IMG/VR virus record: IMGVR_UViG_3300025610_000069
Span: 1 to 36,689 of that record
DNA: 36,689 nt
Source of the DNA: a virus
Lineage: Duplodnaviria > Caudoviricetes
Direction: 5' to 3' (one strand)
Shown: positions 16,163-25,425 of the stretch, in pieces
Position numbering within the stretch: position 1 is the stretch's first letter
How the letters are laid out: every line of letters starts with the position of its first letter
Program-made: the position numbers and the translations under genes
Notes under the pieces: model-generated
Seen by the model: only the letters and a program-made list of their open reading frames with translations
Database searches by the model: none
Told to the model about the DNA's origin: nothing

Positions 16163-17032
16163 ATGAGTAAAATATTCGGATCACCACCGCCCGTAGTTGT
16201 ATCTACGCCGTTTCAACAGACCAGCAGTGGCTCGTCTGAGATCAAGCCGTATGCTCCGGTAGAACCGTTTATTGAGCAGCTGCTTCCAGAGGTTCGGGAG
16301 ACGTTTACACAGGCACCTGAACTGTTCACTGGTTCGTTGGTGCCGGAAGACGCTGCCCAAACGCTGGCAGCTAGGGACATTTATGGACAGGTAGGACAGA
16401 CAGCTGCTGGCTTAGCTCCTCAGTTTATGCAGCTTGGCCAAGCCGACATCGCCCGTGGATTGGCCGACCCAAGTCAAGACCCTATCTACCAGCAGCAGCT
16501 TGGTGTGATTGCACAGCAGGCTAGGGAGATGACTGAGAGAGACAAGCAGCTTGCCCAACAGCAGGCGATCCAAGCTGGTCAGTTTGGTCTAGGCTCTACT
16601 GCCCTAGGCGAACTGGAGACCATGCAGCAGCAGAAGCGGGAAGAGCTTGCACAGCGCCAAATGGCCACTGCGCTACAGCAGGCTGAAGCCCGCAGGATTG
16701 CAGCTGCGCAGAGAGCACCGGGAGCGGCACAGCAGGCTCTGCAAGCGCAGATGACGCCTGCAACGCTACAGGAAGCGATTGGCAGGGATGTAGAAGCTAG
16801 GCAGGCAGCAAGAGCTACAGACGCTGCACGGCTGGCGCAGCAAGACCAAGAGGCCCGCAGAGCACAGCTGGTCACCATGGCCAACCTGTTTGGTGGTCTG
16901 GCCGGTCTGGGCAGCAGCACACAGATGCAGCAAACGTCCAGCGGCTTTGGTAGTCAAGGATTTGCTGGCGGAGCAAGTCCGTTCAGTCAGCTGGTCAGTG
17001 CTGCCGCCACAGGTGCTAGGTTCTTAGCTTAA
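16163..17032 (+). CDS. Internal virion / DNA ejection protein (P22 gp7-like)
   Basis: Q/A-rich helical protein with Gly-rich hydrophobic C-terminus; position. Confidence 0.6.
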   Translation: MSKIFGSPPPVVVSTPFQQTSSGSSEIKPYAPVEPFIEQLLPEVRETFTQAPELFTGSLVPEDAAQTLAARDIYGQVGQTAAGLAPQFMQLGQADIARGLADPSQDPIYQQQLGVIAQQAREMTERDKQLAQQQAIQAGQFGLGSTALGELETMQQQKREELAQRQMATALQQAEARRIAAAQRAPGAAQQALQAQMTPATLQEAIGRDVEARQAARATDAARLAQQDQEARRAQLVTMANLFGGLAGLGSSTQMQQTSSGFGSQGFAGGASPFSQLVSAAATGARFLA

Positions 17033-17043
17033 GGAGAAAAACA

Positions 17044-17505
17044 ATGGGTGCCTTACTTGGAAGCAATTTTGGAAGCGCTGTAGACCCTTCTAAAGCTAAG
17101 TATGATCTTGACACTGGCGAACCAGAAAACTTAGAAGCTCTTAAATTAGACGCAGAGTATGATCCTGAAACAGGAGAGCCGGTAAACGAATCTGCTAAAA
17201 AACTAGAACAAATGTTTGAGGAAGAATCAGAAGGCTTTGATCTAAAAAAATATACTGACATTTTAAGTGAAAGTGACTTTGTAAGCTCTGGTAAACCTAC
17301 GTCAAATCGTCCATTGTTTACACAGCGTCCAGAAAGCGGTCCAAGAGTTCCAACGGGCAGCGTGAGCTACCGACCAACTCAAAGCCCTTACCAAGTACCC
17401 AGCTACCTGATGAGTTCAGCGCAGTACAACGAACAGATTTCCAAGATGCTCGGCGGCTTGCTGTCTAGGAGCATCCGCAGCAACCCCATTAAACTTCTGG
17501 TGTGA
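17044..17505 (+). CDS. Putative internal virion protein
   Basis: AAGGAG RBS; internal YD.(D/E)TGEP repeat; low complexity. Confidence 0.55.
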   Translation: MGALLGSNFGSAVDPSKAKYDLDTGEPENLEALKLDAEYDPETGEPVNESAKKLEQMFEEESEGFDLKKYTDILSESDFVSSGKPTSNRPLFTQRPESGPRVPTGSVSYRPTQSPYQVPSYLMSSAQYNEQISKMLGGLLSRSIRSNPIKLLV

Positions 17506-17513
17506 GATAGATT

Positions 17514-18857
17514 ATGGCTGAACAGCGTAATAGCGGACTTTTAAGTCAGGGTACGGGCCTTGATCCGTTTATAAACCGTTTCAAACAGGCGTATGAACAG
17601 CAGGGCGCATTGGGCGCTATTGCGCAGGCTGGTGGGGGTCTTCTAGACCTTTTACAGCTGGGCGGCACTATGGCTGTTAACGAGGCTCTTCCAATTCTAT
17701 ATGGTCCAGAAGAGGCAAAGCGACGTCGCTTAGAAATACCATACCTTGAAAGAAGTGCCACGGCCAGAGAAATGGCAGACGTGGTGGCACGATCAGAGGG
17801 TCGCCTACCTCCTGTAAGAAGGCAGGATGTTCAAGCCATGCCCGGACCTGCTCCTACAGGCAGGGTTGTTCCCTCTGTAGAACAGCGCGTAGCAGCAGAC
17901 AGGGCTGAACGTGCAGAACTGGCTAGGCTTGGCCAAGTTGTAACTGCCGCTGCACCAATAGACAGAACAGACGGAAAGACGGGAGCAGAGGTTTATATGC
18001 AGGAAGCTGCTCGTCTCAGGGAGGCGGAGAAGCAGCAAGAAGCAGCCGCACTGAAACAAAAAATAGACCGGGATAACGCAACTGGCACCCCCAACATTAT
18101 GCCGTATGTTTTAGCCGGTGATAATCAAGCACAAAATGCGCGTGAGCGTTCTTTCCTAGAGCGCATGGCTCAATCAGGTCTGTTGTCTACCCTACAGGGC
18201 ATGGCACGTGCAGAGCGCCAGTACGGCGTTGGTCCTTTGGCTGCGTTCAGTGAGTCTGCTCTGGATGTACAGGCCGCTAGGAGTGCTGCTGAGCAGGAGG
18301 CAGCAAAGAGACAGTCTGAGGGAGCAGATCGACAAGCTAAGATACTTGCGGAGCAGATTAAAAAGTCTGGTCCTTCCAAACTTACTGGACCTATAGACAA
18401 AAGACTGACTTCGTTTAGAAACAATTCAGAAGCTCTGAACACAATAAACAGATATCTAACAATTCTGACATCTGGTCAGACAGGTGGTATAGCTGGTAAA
18501 ATGGATTCAGGTATTGACGCTCTTGCCTCTTTGGTTGGCCTAGGCTCTGGTAGTCAGGCGTCCAAAGCTGAAGCAGCCAGATCGTTATTGTTGTCTACAA
18601 TAAGCAGCCTGAAACAAACTGAAGGCCAGATTTCTAAATATGATTATGAAGAAATCGAAAACTATCTTAAAAAGCCAAATTCTTGGTTTATCAACAACGA
18701 AAAAATAGCAAACCAGCTTAGAAATCTAAGGCCAGTAATTCAGAGAACTCTGTCGCAAGATGCAACGCTCATACGAGAATCAGGACGCGATCCGGCAAAA
18801 TACAGCGGATACGATAATATCAAATTGTCTACTCCCGGCAGGACTATAAACGAATAG
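17514..18857 (+). CDS. Putative internal virion / ejection protein
   Basis: 447-aa A/Q-rich helical protein in the ejection module. Confidence 0.55.
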   Translation: MAEQRNSGLLSQGTGLDPFINRFKQAYEQQGALGAIAQAGGGLLDLLQLGGTMAVNEALPILYGPEEAKRRRLEIPYLERSATAREMADVVARSEGRLPPVRRQDVQAMPGPAPTGRVVPSVEQRVAADRAERAELARLGQVVTAAAPIDRTDGKTGAEVYMQEAARLREAEKQQEAAALKQKIDRDNATGTPNIMPYVLAGDNQAQNARERSFLERMAQSGLLSTLQGMARAERQYGVGPLAAFSESALDVQAARSAAEQEAAKRQSEGADRQAKILAEQIKKSGPSKLTGPIDKRLTSFRNNSEALNTINRYLTILTSGQTGGIAGKMDSGIDALASLVGLGSGSQASKAEAARSLLLSTISSLKQTEGQISKYDYEEIENYLKKPNSWFINNEKIANQLRNLRPVIQRTLSQDATLIRESGRDPAKYSGYDNIKLSTPGRTINE

Positions 18858-18865
18858 GAAAAAAC

Positions 18866-21800
18866 GTGGCTCAAAAGCAAATATACACTTTGTATAACGG
18901 CATGGAAGTAAAACTTCCTGTCGGTCTTTCTCAAGACGAAGCTGACAACCTGATTGCCAAAGCTCTTCCGGGAGTTGCGCTGGGTGCTGGTACTTTCTAC
19001 GATCTTGAAAAAGAGTTTGACATCTCTTCAAGCGTGGACAATGCTGGTCTTCGCTTTGATCTTGCATTGGCCAAAGATAATCCAAAAGAGGCCAAGGCTG
19101 TTCTGGACGCCCGTCTGGGCAAAGACGGATGGGGTCTAAGCGATTTTGGTGAGTTTTATGCCAATCCTATCGGTCTTCGTCGTCTCGGTATGGAGCCTAA
19201 AGACAACCGAAAAGTTTTGATAGACGGTATAAGCAACAATGTCTACGATCTTGTAGACCTTGTGCCAGAGATTGCCACTGGTGTTGGCGCTTTGGCCGCT
19301 GAATTGTTAGTACCAGTGCCGGGAACGGGTGCAGCCGGTGCGGCCGCCGTGGGAGGCTTCCTGTCGTCCTTTACCGCAAGACAATTGGTGGCTAGATCAG
19401 TAGCAGCGGGAGCAGGAGATGTAACTGCTAATCTTGGTCTGGAAGCCGTTCAGACATACCGTGGTAATCAATACGAAGACCTTGGTGAAATACTCTCCGA
19501 TGCTGGAACACAAGGCGCAGTGGTTGCAGCAGCGTCTCTGGGTCTTGGTCTGCCGTTCACGGCTATTGCTCCAGTGGCAGGCAAGATCAAAAACGTAGCA
19601 AAAGAGAACATAGACAACGTAACTACGAACCAAGGTATAGCGGTTACCGCTGAGTCTGCAAAACAGGCAAGGCAGGAAGCTGTTGACTTCCTCAGAGCGC
19701 AGGGCGTTCCTGAAAATGAAATACAAGACATTGTCCCATTGATCACATTGAAACACCAGCTTGGCGACTCTGGTAACCTGTTTGCCAAGTTTGCTATTGT
19801 CTCTGAAGGCGCTGGCGCAAAGAACTTGGCCGATAGTCTTCCGGCAAAGGGTCTGGAGTTTCTGGACAAGATCGACAGTTTCTTCAGGCAGGGACAGGCC
19901 GCTGGCAGAAACCCTGCGGAAATTGCAAAACAGCTTAGAGAAACCTTGACCCAAGCAGAGCTACAAACTGCTAAAAACATACAGAAGGAGATTGACACTG
20001 CCTATAAGCAGATGTCCAAAACATCTGTGCAGAGAGACAGGGCGGAAATAGGAGACTTGATAGAACTTCAGGCCAACAACCAGTTGCGCTACATGATGAA
20101 GAACTTTGACGAGTCTCCTGAGCTATATGCAAGCCCTGATCTAGACCTTGACAATCTGTACAAGACAACGGTAGACGGCGATCTTGTTGCAGACTTGATT
20201 AACAAATTGTCCGGGGAGTATTCTAGGGGTGCTGAGGACGTAATAGCTATTCTCAATAAGACCTCTAATGGTTTAGGAGATCGTCTTCAGAAAGTTATAG
20301 ACATCGAGGACGGATTTGCCGTTGCGAAAAAGGCAGACGAAGCTATTAGTGAACTGGACGACCTGATAACAGAGATTGGTCTGGGGAAAGGTTTTGCAGC
20401 CGATCTAGCGGCCTATACTAATAGGTCCTCTAAGGAAGCCAAAGAAGAGATCGCGTCTGTGACTGCCAGAGACCTATACGAGCTTGATCGAGCTATCCGA
20501 CAGAACATCTACAAAGGCAGGCTGGATCGTAACGGTATAAGAGAGGGCGTCATAGCTTCCAAAGAAATCTTGGACACCATGGACGAGATTGTAAGCCCTG
20601 ACTTCTCTGCCACTTTCCGCCAAGTCAACGCTGACTATAAAAAGGCAATCGCACCGTTTGCCAAGGGTCTGGGCAAATTTGAAAACAGTACCGCCCAGAC
20701 AGTTCCAGAGTATGTCAAAGACCTTGTTACCGGACGTAAGACGCAGGTGTTTGCTGAGCTTGTAGAAACCCTAGACGACATGCTGACTGGCATTGAAAAG
20801 GCTGGTGGCAAAGCTGCCAACGTTATGAGCGCAGACGAGGTCTTGGGGGAAGTTGCCACCCAGTACATGCGGTATCATAGAGACAGGTTTAATCTCACTA
20901 GGGCAAGCCTAGACACAGACGATATCCCTACGCTGCGTCAGAATGCCAGAGAAGCCCTCAAACAGATTGACGATCTGAAAAACAGAGAGACAACTCCCAG
21001 AGCTAAGAAGGCATTTAACAGGCTGTTTAACAACCAAGCGTTTACAGAGTACAGGAAAGCTCTAGAAAGCCTGTCTAAGGGCAATGTACGCGCAGCGGAA
21101 AAGCTCAAGATGCAGCTGAGCTACGAAGAGGCTGGTCAGTTTGTAGACAACATTGCCAAACTTGGTCGCAACCTGAGAGACGCTGATCTGGATACAGCTG
21201 TTGAGCAGTACCGGGCTATCAAGGCCATTGAGCCAAGAGGCACCGACTTTTATAACCTGATGCTCTACTCTGAGATTTTTGATCGCGTTAAGAAGATAGC
21301 GGGACAGAACCCCCAGACGAGAAACCAAGCTCTTAAAGCATGGGCCGACGATATCGTTGCTGCCAATAACGTATCTCCGGCTGCGCTGAAAGAGCTTCTG
21401 GGCAGCGGCAAGGAGGGGACCAAAGACCTGTACAAGCCGCTTATGCAGATGGCCAATGTGATACAGGGTGGCTTCAACCTTGATCCCACGGCTGGTGCTA
21501 TCAGTGCAGCGGGACAGCCTCTGATGGGCATACGTGGTCTGATAAACTTCTCAGCTGGAGCAGCATTGAAACCAGTTGTGTTCATGGGGATGCTCAAGTC
21601 GTATGCCCCCGGTGGTCGCTCTTGGAAGGCTGTTAATGCTGCGATCAATGGTGGAGAGAGCATAGAGCAGGTGGCCAAAAACTCAAAACTGAACAAGAAT
21701 GCTCAAGTTGCCTTGAAAGCTGCAAACGCAGGCGCAGCCAAGATACTGGCAGGGAGAGATGGTCTGTTCGCAGCGTCGGTAGCAGCGTACATGAACGAGG

Positions 21801-22036
21801 CTGACGAAAGGCTACCAAACGAAAACACGCCGGTAGTTCCTGTCAGACAGCGGACTGGGGCAGAGGCTGAGGCAGAGAGACAGGCTGAACAGCAGCAGCA
21901 ACAGTCGGCTCTGTCTGCCGACACTGGTATAGCTGCAATACAGCAGATTGCCAGCATGTTACAGCCGCAGCAGATACAAGGTGTAGGCACCTCCGGTCTT
22001 GAAGAGGGTGCTCAGATAGCAAGGAGTGCGGCCTGA
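18866..22036 (+). CDS. Large internal virion / ejection protein
   Basis: 1056 aa, helical, Gly/Ala hydrophobic segments near the N-terminus; largest gene, in the T7 gp16 / P22 gp16-like position. Confidence 0.6.
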   Translation: MAQKQIYTLYNGMEVKLPVGLSQDEADNLIAKALPGVALGAGTFYDLEKEFDISSSVDNAGLRFDLALAKDNPKEAKAVLDARLGKDGWGLSDFGEFYANPIGLRRLGMEPKDNRKVLIDGISNNVYDLVDLVPEIATGVGALAAELLVPVPGTGAAGAAAVGGFLSSFTARQLVARSVAAGAGDVTANLGLEAVQTYRGNQYEDLGEILSDAGTQGAVVAAASLGLGLPFTAIAPVAGKIKNVAKENIDNVTTNQGIAVTAESAKQARQEAVDFLRAQGVPENEIQDIVPLITLKHQLGDSGNLFAKFAIVSEGAGAKNLADSLPAKGLEFLDKIDSFFRQGQAAGRNPAEIAKQLRETLTQAELQTAKNIQKEIDTAYKQMSKTSVQRDRAEIGDLIELQANNQLRYMMKNFDESPELYASPDLDLDNLYKTTVDGDLVADLINKLSGEYSRGAEDVIAILNKTSNGLGDRLQKVIDIEDGFAVAKKADEAISELDDLITEIGLGKGFAADLAAYTNRSSKEAKEEIASVTARDLYELDRAIRQNIYKGRLDRNGIREGVIASKEILDTMDEIVSPDFSATFRQVNADYKKAIAPFAKGLGKFENSTAQTVPEYVKDLVTGRKTQVFAELVETLDDMLTGIEKAGGKAANVMSADEVLGEVATQYMRYHRDRFNLTRASLDTDDIPTLRQNAREALKQIDDLKNRETTPRAKKAFNRLFNNQAFTEYRKALESLSKGNVRAAEKLKMQLSYEEAGQFVDNIAKLGRNLRDADLDTAVEQYRAIKAIEPRGTDFYNLMLYSEIFDRVKKIAGQNPQTRNQALKAWADDIVAANNVSPAALKELLGSGKEGTKDLYKPLMQMANVIQGGFNLDPTAGAISAAGQPLMGIRGLINFSAGAALKPVVFMGMLKSYAPGGRSWKAVNAAINGGESIEQVAKNSKLNKNAQVALKAANAGAAKILAGRDGLFAASVAAYMNEADERLPNENTPVVPVRQRTGAEAEAERQAEQQQQQSALSADTGIAAIQQIASMLQPQQIQGVGTSGLEEGAQIARSAA

Positions 22037-22602
22037 TGGTAGATTTTTTCAAGGAGTTTAACCAAGCTGCCCAGAAACAAGGCGCTGCGCCTGTAGTAGA
22101 CTACGCCAAAGAGCAGGCCATGAAAGGCGCTGCTGGTCTTGCTGCCATGGGCGCTGCTGCCGCTCTTGGTCCGGAGAACATAGAGGAAATCCGACAGACA
22201 GGCAGGGACATAGACGACAGGTTTGGTCCTGACATACGATTGATGCGCGATCAGCTGCCAGAGGGCATGTCTCTGTCCGCACAGCCCAACTACCTAGACC
22301 CAATGGCCACCACTGTAACACCTAGCGTAGACCTGTCCGCTATCAGTCCCTATCTGCAAGGCCAAGCGCAGGCAACCATGGGCCAAGGTGGGCTACTTGG
22401 TTACAACATTGACGCACAGGTGCCAATGGGTGACTTTACCGGCACACTGAACTATGGCCCACAAGGTGGTACAATGGGTGTCAACTATGCGCAAGATGGT
22501 TTCAGTGCTTCTGTTAATGCTCCTGTGCCTGAGCGAACCGCTAGCGTTAAAGGCTTGCTCGACAACATCACCGCAGGCTTCCGGTATACAAGCAGGTTCT
22601 AA
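22036..22602 (+). CDS. Hypothetical protein with amphipathic beta-strands and C-terminal Phe
   Basis: TGATG coupling with AAGGAG RBS; ends AGFRYTSRF. Confidence 0.6.
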   Translation: MVDFFKEFNQAAQKQGAAPVVDYAKEQAMKGAAGLAAMGAAAALGPENIEEIRQTGRDIDDRFGPDIRLMRDQLPEGMSLSAQPNYLDPMATTVTPSVDLSAISPYLQGQAQATMGQGGLLGYNIDAQVPMGDFTGTLNYGPQGGTMGVNYAQDGFSASVNAPVPERTASVKGLLDNITAGFRYTSRF

Positions 22603-22603
22603 G

Positions 22604-23224
22604 ATGCAAGAGATTTTCAAAATGCTTGAGCAGATGCGCCGAGAGAACTACGGTGAGCCTATGCCCGCTAATCCTGCCGGTCTTCTTGGAGCGTCTCCTG
22701 CCCAAGCTGCGTCATCTTCTCCCGACCCGTTGCAGTCAATTATAAACAGGACTCTACAGGAAGAGGGAGGATTTCAAAATAGAAAAGATGATAGGGGTAA
22801 TTTTATAAATGGCCGTCTTGTCGGAACTAAATACGGAATAACTCCAAAAGCATGGGCAGAACATACAGGAATGCCTGCCAAAGACATAACGGAAGATACA
22901 ATCAAAGGCTTAAACCTAGACCAAGCTCAGGAGTTTTACAGGAGTAAGGCCCAAAAAGAATTTAAGTTAGACAGGTATCCCGAAAACCTCCGGCCTCAGA
23001 TTTTCGACATTATGACTAATTTTGGGTACACTGGCGGAATGAAAGTTTTACAAAGAGCCGCTGGAGTAGAGAAGGACGGCAGGTACGGTCCTAAGACAGC
23101 AGAGGCAATTAAAAATTTGTCTAATTCTAAACTTGCACAAGCTAGGTGGGACAGTTATTCAAAAGAACTAAAGAAAAAAAATCCGGGATGGAAGACGAGA
23201 ACATTTAGTTTTGCGGTAGATTAA
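22604..23224 (+). CDS. Glycoside hydrolase family 108 lysozyme with peptidoglycan-binding tail
   Basis: EEGGFQN..DDRG...TKYGIT (EGGY-like catalytic motif); LQRAAGVEKDGRYGPKT PG-binding motif. Start reassigned to ATG 22604, right after the upstream stop. Confidence 0.85.
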   Translation: MQEIFKMLEQMRRENYGEPMPANPAGLLGASPAQAASSSPDPLQSIINRTLQEEGGFQNRKDDRGNFINGRLVGTKYGITPKAWAEHTGMPAKDITEDTIKGLNLDQAQEFYRSKAQKEFKLDRYPENLRPQIFDIMTNFGYTGGMKVLQRAAGVEKDGRYGPKTAEAIKNLSNSKLAQARWDSYSKELKKKNPGWKTRTFSFAVD

Positions 23225-23225
23225 A

Positions 23226-23588
23226 ATGGAAGGCGGTATCGACATACGGCTGGTGGTCACCATTGCCGGTATCCTGTTCAGCGTGGCAGGAGCCAGTGCG
23301 GTGGCCAAGATGCAGATCAAGGACATCATTGAAAAGATGGCCGACATGGAGAAGCGTCTGCGCCAGATGGACTCACGTGGTGACAAGTTGGTCACAGCCA
23401 CGGAGACACAGGAACAGAGAATCAGTGTATTGGCAAAGATGGCCAGCCCTGAGAACCTGCGCAGAGATCACATGCAATTAGCAGAACTTTTGACCACAGT
23501 CAAGCAACTTGAAAAATCTTATGACCGACTTTATTCCATGCACAATGGCAAACATCCGCCTGTATCAGACGTAAGAAAGGCAGACTGA
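23226..23588 (+). CDS. Membrane-anchored coiled-coil protein (lysis module)
   Basis: N-terminal TM (LVVTIAGILFSVAGASAVA) followed by coiled coil; adjacent to the lysin. Confidence 0.55.
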   Translation: MEGGIDIRLVVTIAGILFSVAGASAVAKMQIKDIIEKMADMEKRLRQMDSRGDKLVTATETQEQRISVLAKMASPENLRRDHMQLAELLTTVKQLEKSYDRLYSMHNGKHPPVSDVRKAD

Positions 23589-24031
23589 TGGGTATACCCT
23601 TTGAACTGATCACCATGCTAGGCTCTGGGCTGCTGTCCGGGGTAATGACACTGTGGAGCCAGAACCAGAAGGCCAAGCAGGACGCATTCAACAGGGCCAT
23701 AGATGGTCTTGCTGCGCAGTCACAGGCCACGGACTTGGCCCGCAGGTACGAGAACAAAGGCTTCCAAGTTACCCGCAGGATCATTGCCCTGATGGCTGTG
23801 TTTGCTGTGATTGTCTGGCCAAAGGTGGTGGCAGTGTTCTGGCCTGAGATACCTGTCAACGTTGGCTACACTGAGTTTAATCCCGGTGCGCTGTTTGGTA
23901 TTTTTGAGGGATCAGAAGAGATCAAGTGGCAGAGCCTGAAAGGCTTGGTCCTGACACCGCTGGATACACATTTGCTCAGCGCGATCATCGGGCTGTACTT
24001 TGGTGCTTCAATGGTAAAGAATGCGAGATAA
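23588..24031 (+). CDS. Putative holin
   Basis: Two to three hydrophobic segments, TRRIIAL and terminal IIGLYFG; adjacent to the lysin. Confidence 0.55.
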   Translation: MGIPFELITMLGSGLLSGVMTLWSQNQKAKQDAFNRAIDGLAAQSQATDLARRYENKGFQVTRRIIALMAVFAVIVWPKVVAVFWPEIPVNVGYTEFNPGALFGIFEGSEEIKWQSLKGLVLTPLDTHLLSAIIGLYFGASMVKNAR

Positions 24032-24033
24032 AA

Positions 24034-24324
24034 ATGTTTGGATATAACCCATATGGATATGGTCTGCTGTCTCAGATGCCCATGCAGCAGGCTCCGCAAA
24101 TCGTTCAGCAACCGCTGCTGAGTGCTGCCCGTGGCATAGGATCGTCCTTGCCAGACTACGCTACGCAACAGCTTCCACAAAATACTCCGGTTCAGAGCAC
24201 CCTTCTTGGGCCTATCTTTGCAGCGATGCCGCAAATTATGCAAAACTTGCCAGACCTTCCCAGAGGCGGGCTTCTTGGGCTAGCTATAAATGCTCTTAAA
24301 GATGAGATAGCAAGGAGGGGCTAA
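24034..24324 (+). CDS. Hypothetical Q/P-rich protein
   Basis: Start reassigned to ATG 24034 just after the holin stop; last gene of the + arm. Confidence 0.55.
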   Translation: MFGYNPYGYGLLSQMPMQQAPQIVQQPLLSAARGIGSSLPDYATQQLPQNTPVQSTLLGPIFAAMPQIMQNLPDLPRGGLLGLAINALKDEIARRG

Positions 24325-24361
24325 CCGTTGGCCCCCCACGGGTGTATTACGGCACCACCCG
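24317..24361. terminator. Two hairpins at the convergence of the genome arms
   Basis: GGGGCTAA-CCG-TTGGCCCC (24317-24335) and CGGGTG-N11-CACCCG (24339-24361); no clear U-tract. Confidence 0.4.
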
Positions 24362-24365
24362 ATAG

Positions 24366-24785
24366 TCAGCTAAGTTCTATCTGCCTAGCCTTCTTTTCTT
24401 CCGGTACTTCCCGTACCAGTTTGATGCGCAGGATACCGTCGTTCAGACCAGCATCCTGTACATTTACATGCTCGCCCAATAGAAACAGCTTCTTGAACGG
24501 GCGGAACGCAATGCCTCCATATATAATCTCGGCATCCTTGTCTTCATGTTTGACACCGTTGGACGTAACAGACAGAATGTCTTCCTTTACGTGAACGGAA
24601 ATGTCCTCCTTCTTAAATCCGGCAACGGCCATGGTGATCTCATAGCTGTCTTCCCCCAGCTTTACAACGCTGTGCGGTGGGAAGTTCTGGTTGCCTGACA
24701 TTACTTCTGCAACCTTGTGCATATTGTCAAACAGGCGCTCAAATCCAAGAGCAGAGTCCGATATGGACGGGAACATAATAGTCAT
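24366..24785 (-). CDS. hsp20: Small heat-shock protein (Hsp20/IbpA-like)
   Basis: LGFERLFD...NFPPH...YEITMAVAGF...GIAFRPFKKLF.L...AGLNDGILRI; alpha-crystallin domain. Confidence 0.95.
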   Translation of the reverse strand: MTIMFPSISDSALGFERLFDNMHKVAEVMSGNQNFPPHSVVKLGEDSYEITMAVAGFKKEDISVHVKEDILSVTSNGVKHEDKDAEIIYGGIAFRPFKKLFLLGEHVNVQDAGLNDGILRIKLVREVPEEKKARQIELS

Positions 24786-24832
24786 TTGTTTCTCCCAATT
24801 GGCAAGAATTAGAGGCCCAGGATTGGCACCTC
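24786..24832 (-). ncRNA. ROSE-like RNA thermometer in the hsp20 5' UTR
   Basis: Minus-strand UUCUU(G)CC-AAUU-GGGAGAA hairpin sequesters the SD with a bulged G; preceded by a GAGGU(G)CCA-AUCC-UGGGCCUC hairpin. Confidence 0.6.
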
Positions 24833-24838
24833 AAAAAA

Positions 24839-24867
24839 AGTATACCACAAAACCATAGGTTTGTCTA
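24839..24867 (-). promoter_or_regulatory. Sigma70-type promoter for hsp20
   Basis: Minus strand TAGACA, 17 bp, TATACT, with TGn extension. Confidence 0.7.
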
Positions 24868-25425
24868 CCTAAATGGTGGACCCCATGCCCAGCCGGTCAG
24901 GCTATATCGCACACCTTTGATAACAGGCTGTACCCTGTGGTAGTAGTAAGACGGGAAGATCACGATCTTGCCTGCTCTTCTCAAGGCAGGCTCAGGGATC
25001 ACGCGCTTCCTGTACGGAGCACTGGGAGACCCCCAGCTGAACTGAAAGTCTCCCCCTTCGTAGTCTTCATTGAGCACAACGTTGAACGTCAGCTTGCGGC
25101 ATTTGTTCCCCGGCTGCACATCGTGGTGCCACCCGTACCTCTCCTGCATAGTGTACTTGCTCAGCTGTAGGTTCTCTAGCTCGGTCAGGTCAAACAGCCA
25201 ACCCATCTCAAAGTTGGCCGTCTGAACCCAATCAAAGACAATCGACCTGAACTTCTCGTCTTCCAAGGCATAGATGGAATTGTTTCTGATCTGTGTCTTT
25301 GTCTGACCGTCTAGCACCTGTGCCTCCTGCTCTTCGAAGTTCTGGCTCAGCTGCATAACAGCTTTGCAGAACTCCTCCGGCATGTCAGGCACTGAGCCAC
25401 CAGAGTAGTAGATGTCACCGTACAT
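24865..25425 (-). CDS. 2OG-Fe(II) oxygenase (prolyl-hydroxylase-like)
   Basis: YGWHHD (HxD), RKLT, YEGGDF, IFPS...HRVQPV..GVRYSL motifs. Confidence 0.9.
   Translation of the reverse strand: MYGDIYYSGGSVPDMPEEFCKAVMQLSQNFEEQEAQVLDGQTKTQIRNNSIYALEDEKFRSIVFDWVQTANFEMGWLFDLTELENLQLSKYTMQERYGWHHDVQPGNKCRKLTFNVVLNEDYEGGDFQFSWGSPSAPYRKRVIPEPALRRAGKIVIFPSYYYHRVQPVIKGVRYSLTGWAWGPPFR

Noticed and set aside
22454-22603. Signal-peptide-like N-terminal extension of the GH108 ORF (VLLLMLLC)
   Set aside because: It overlaps the upstream gene by about 150 nt; ATG 22604 right after the stop is more parsimonious. A secreted or lipoprotein isoform cannot be fully excluded.
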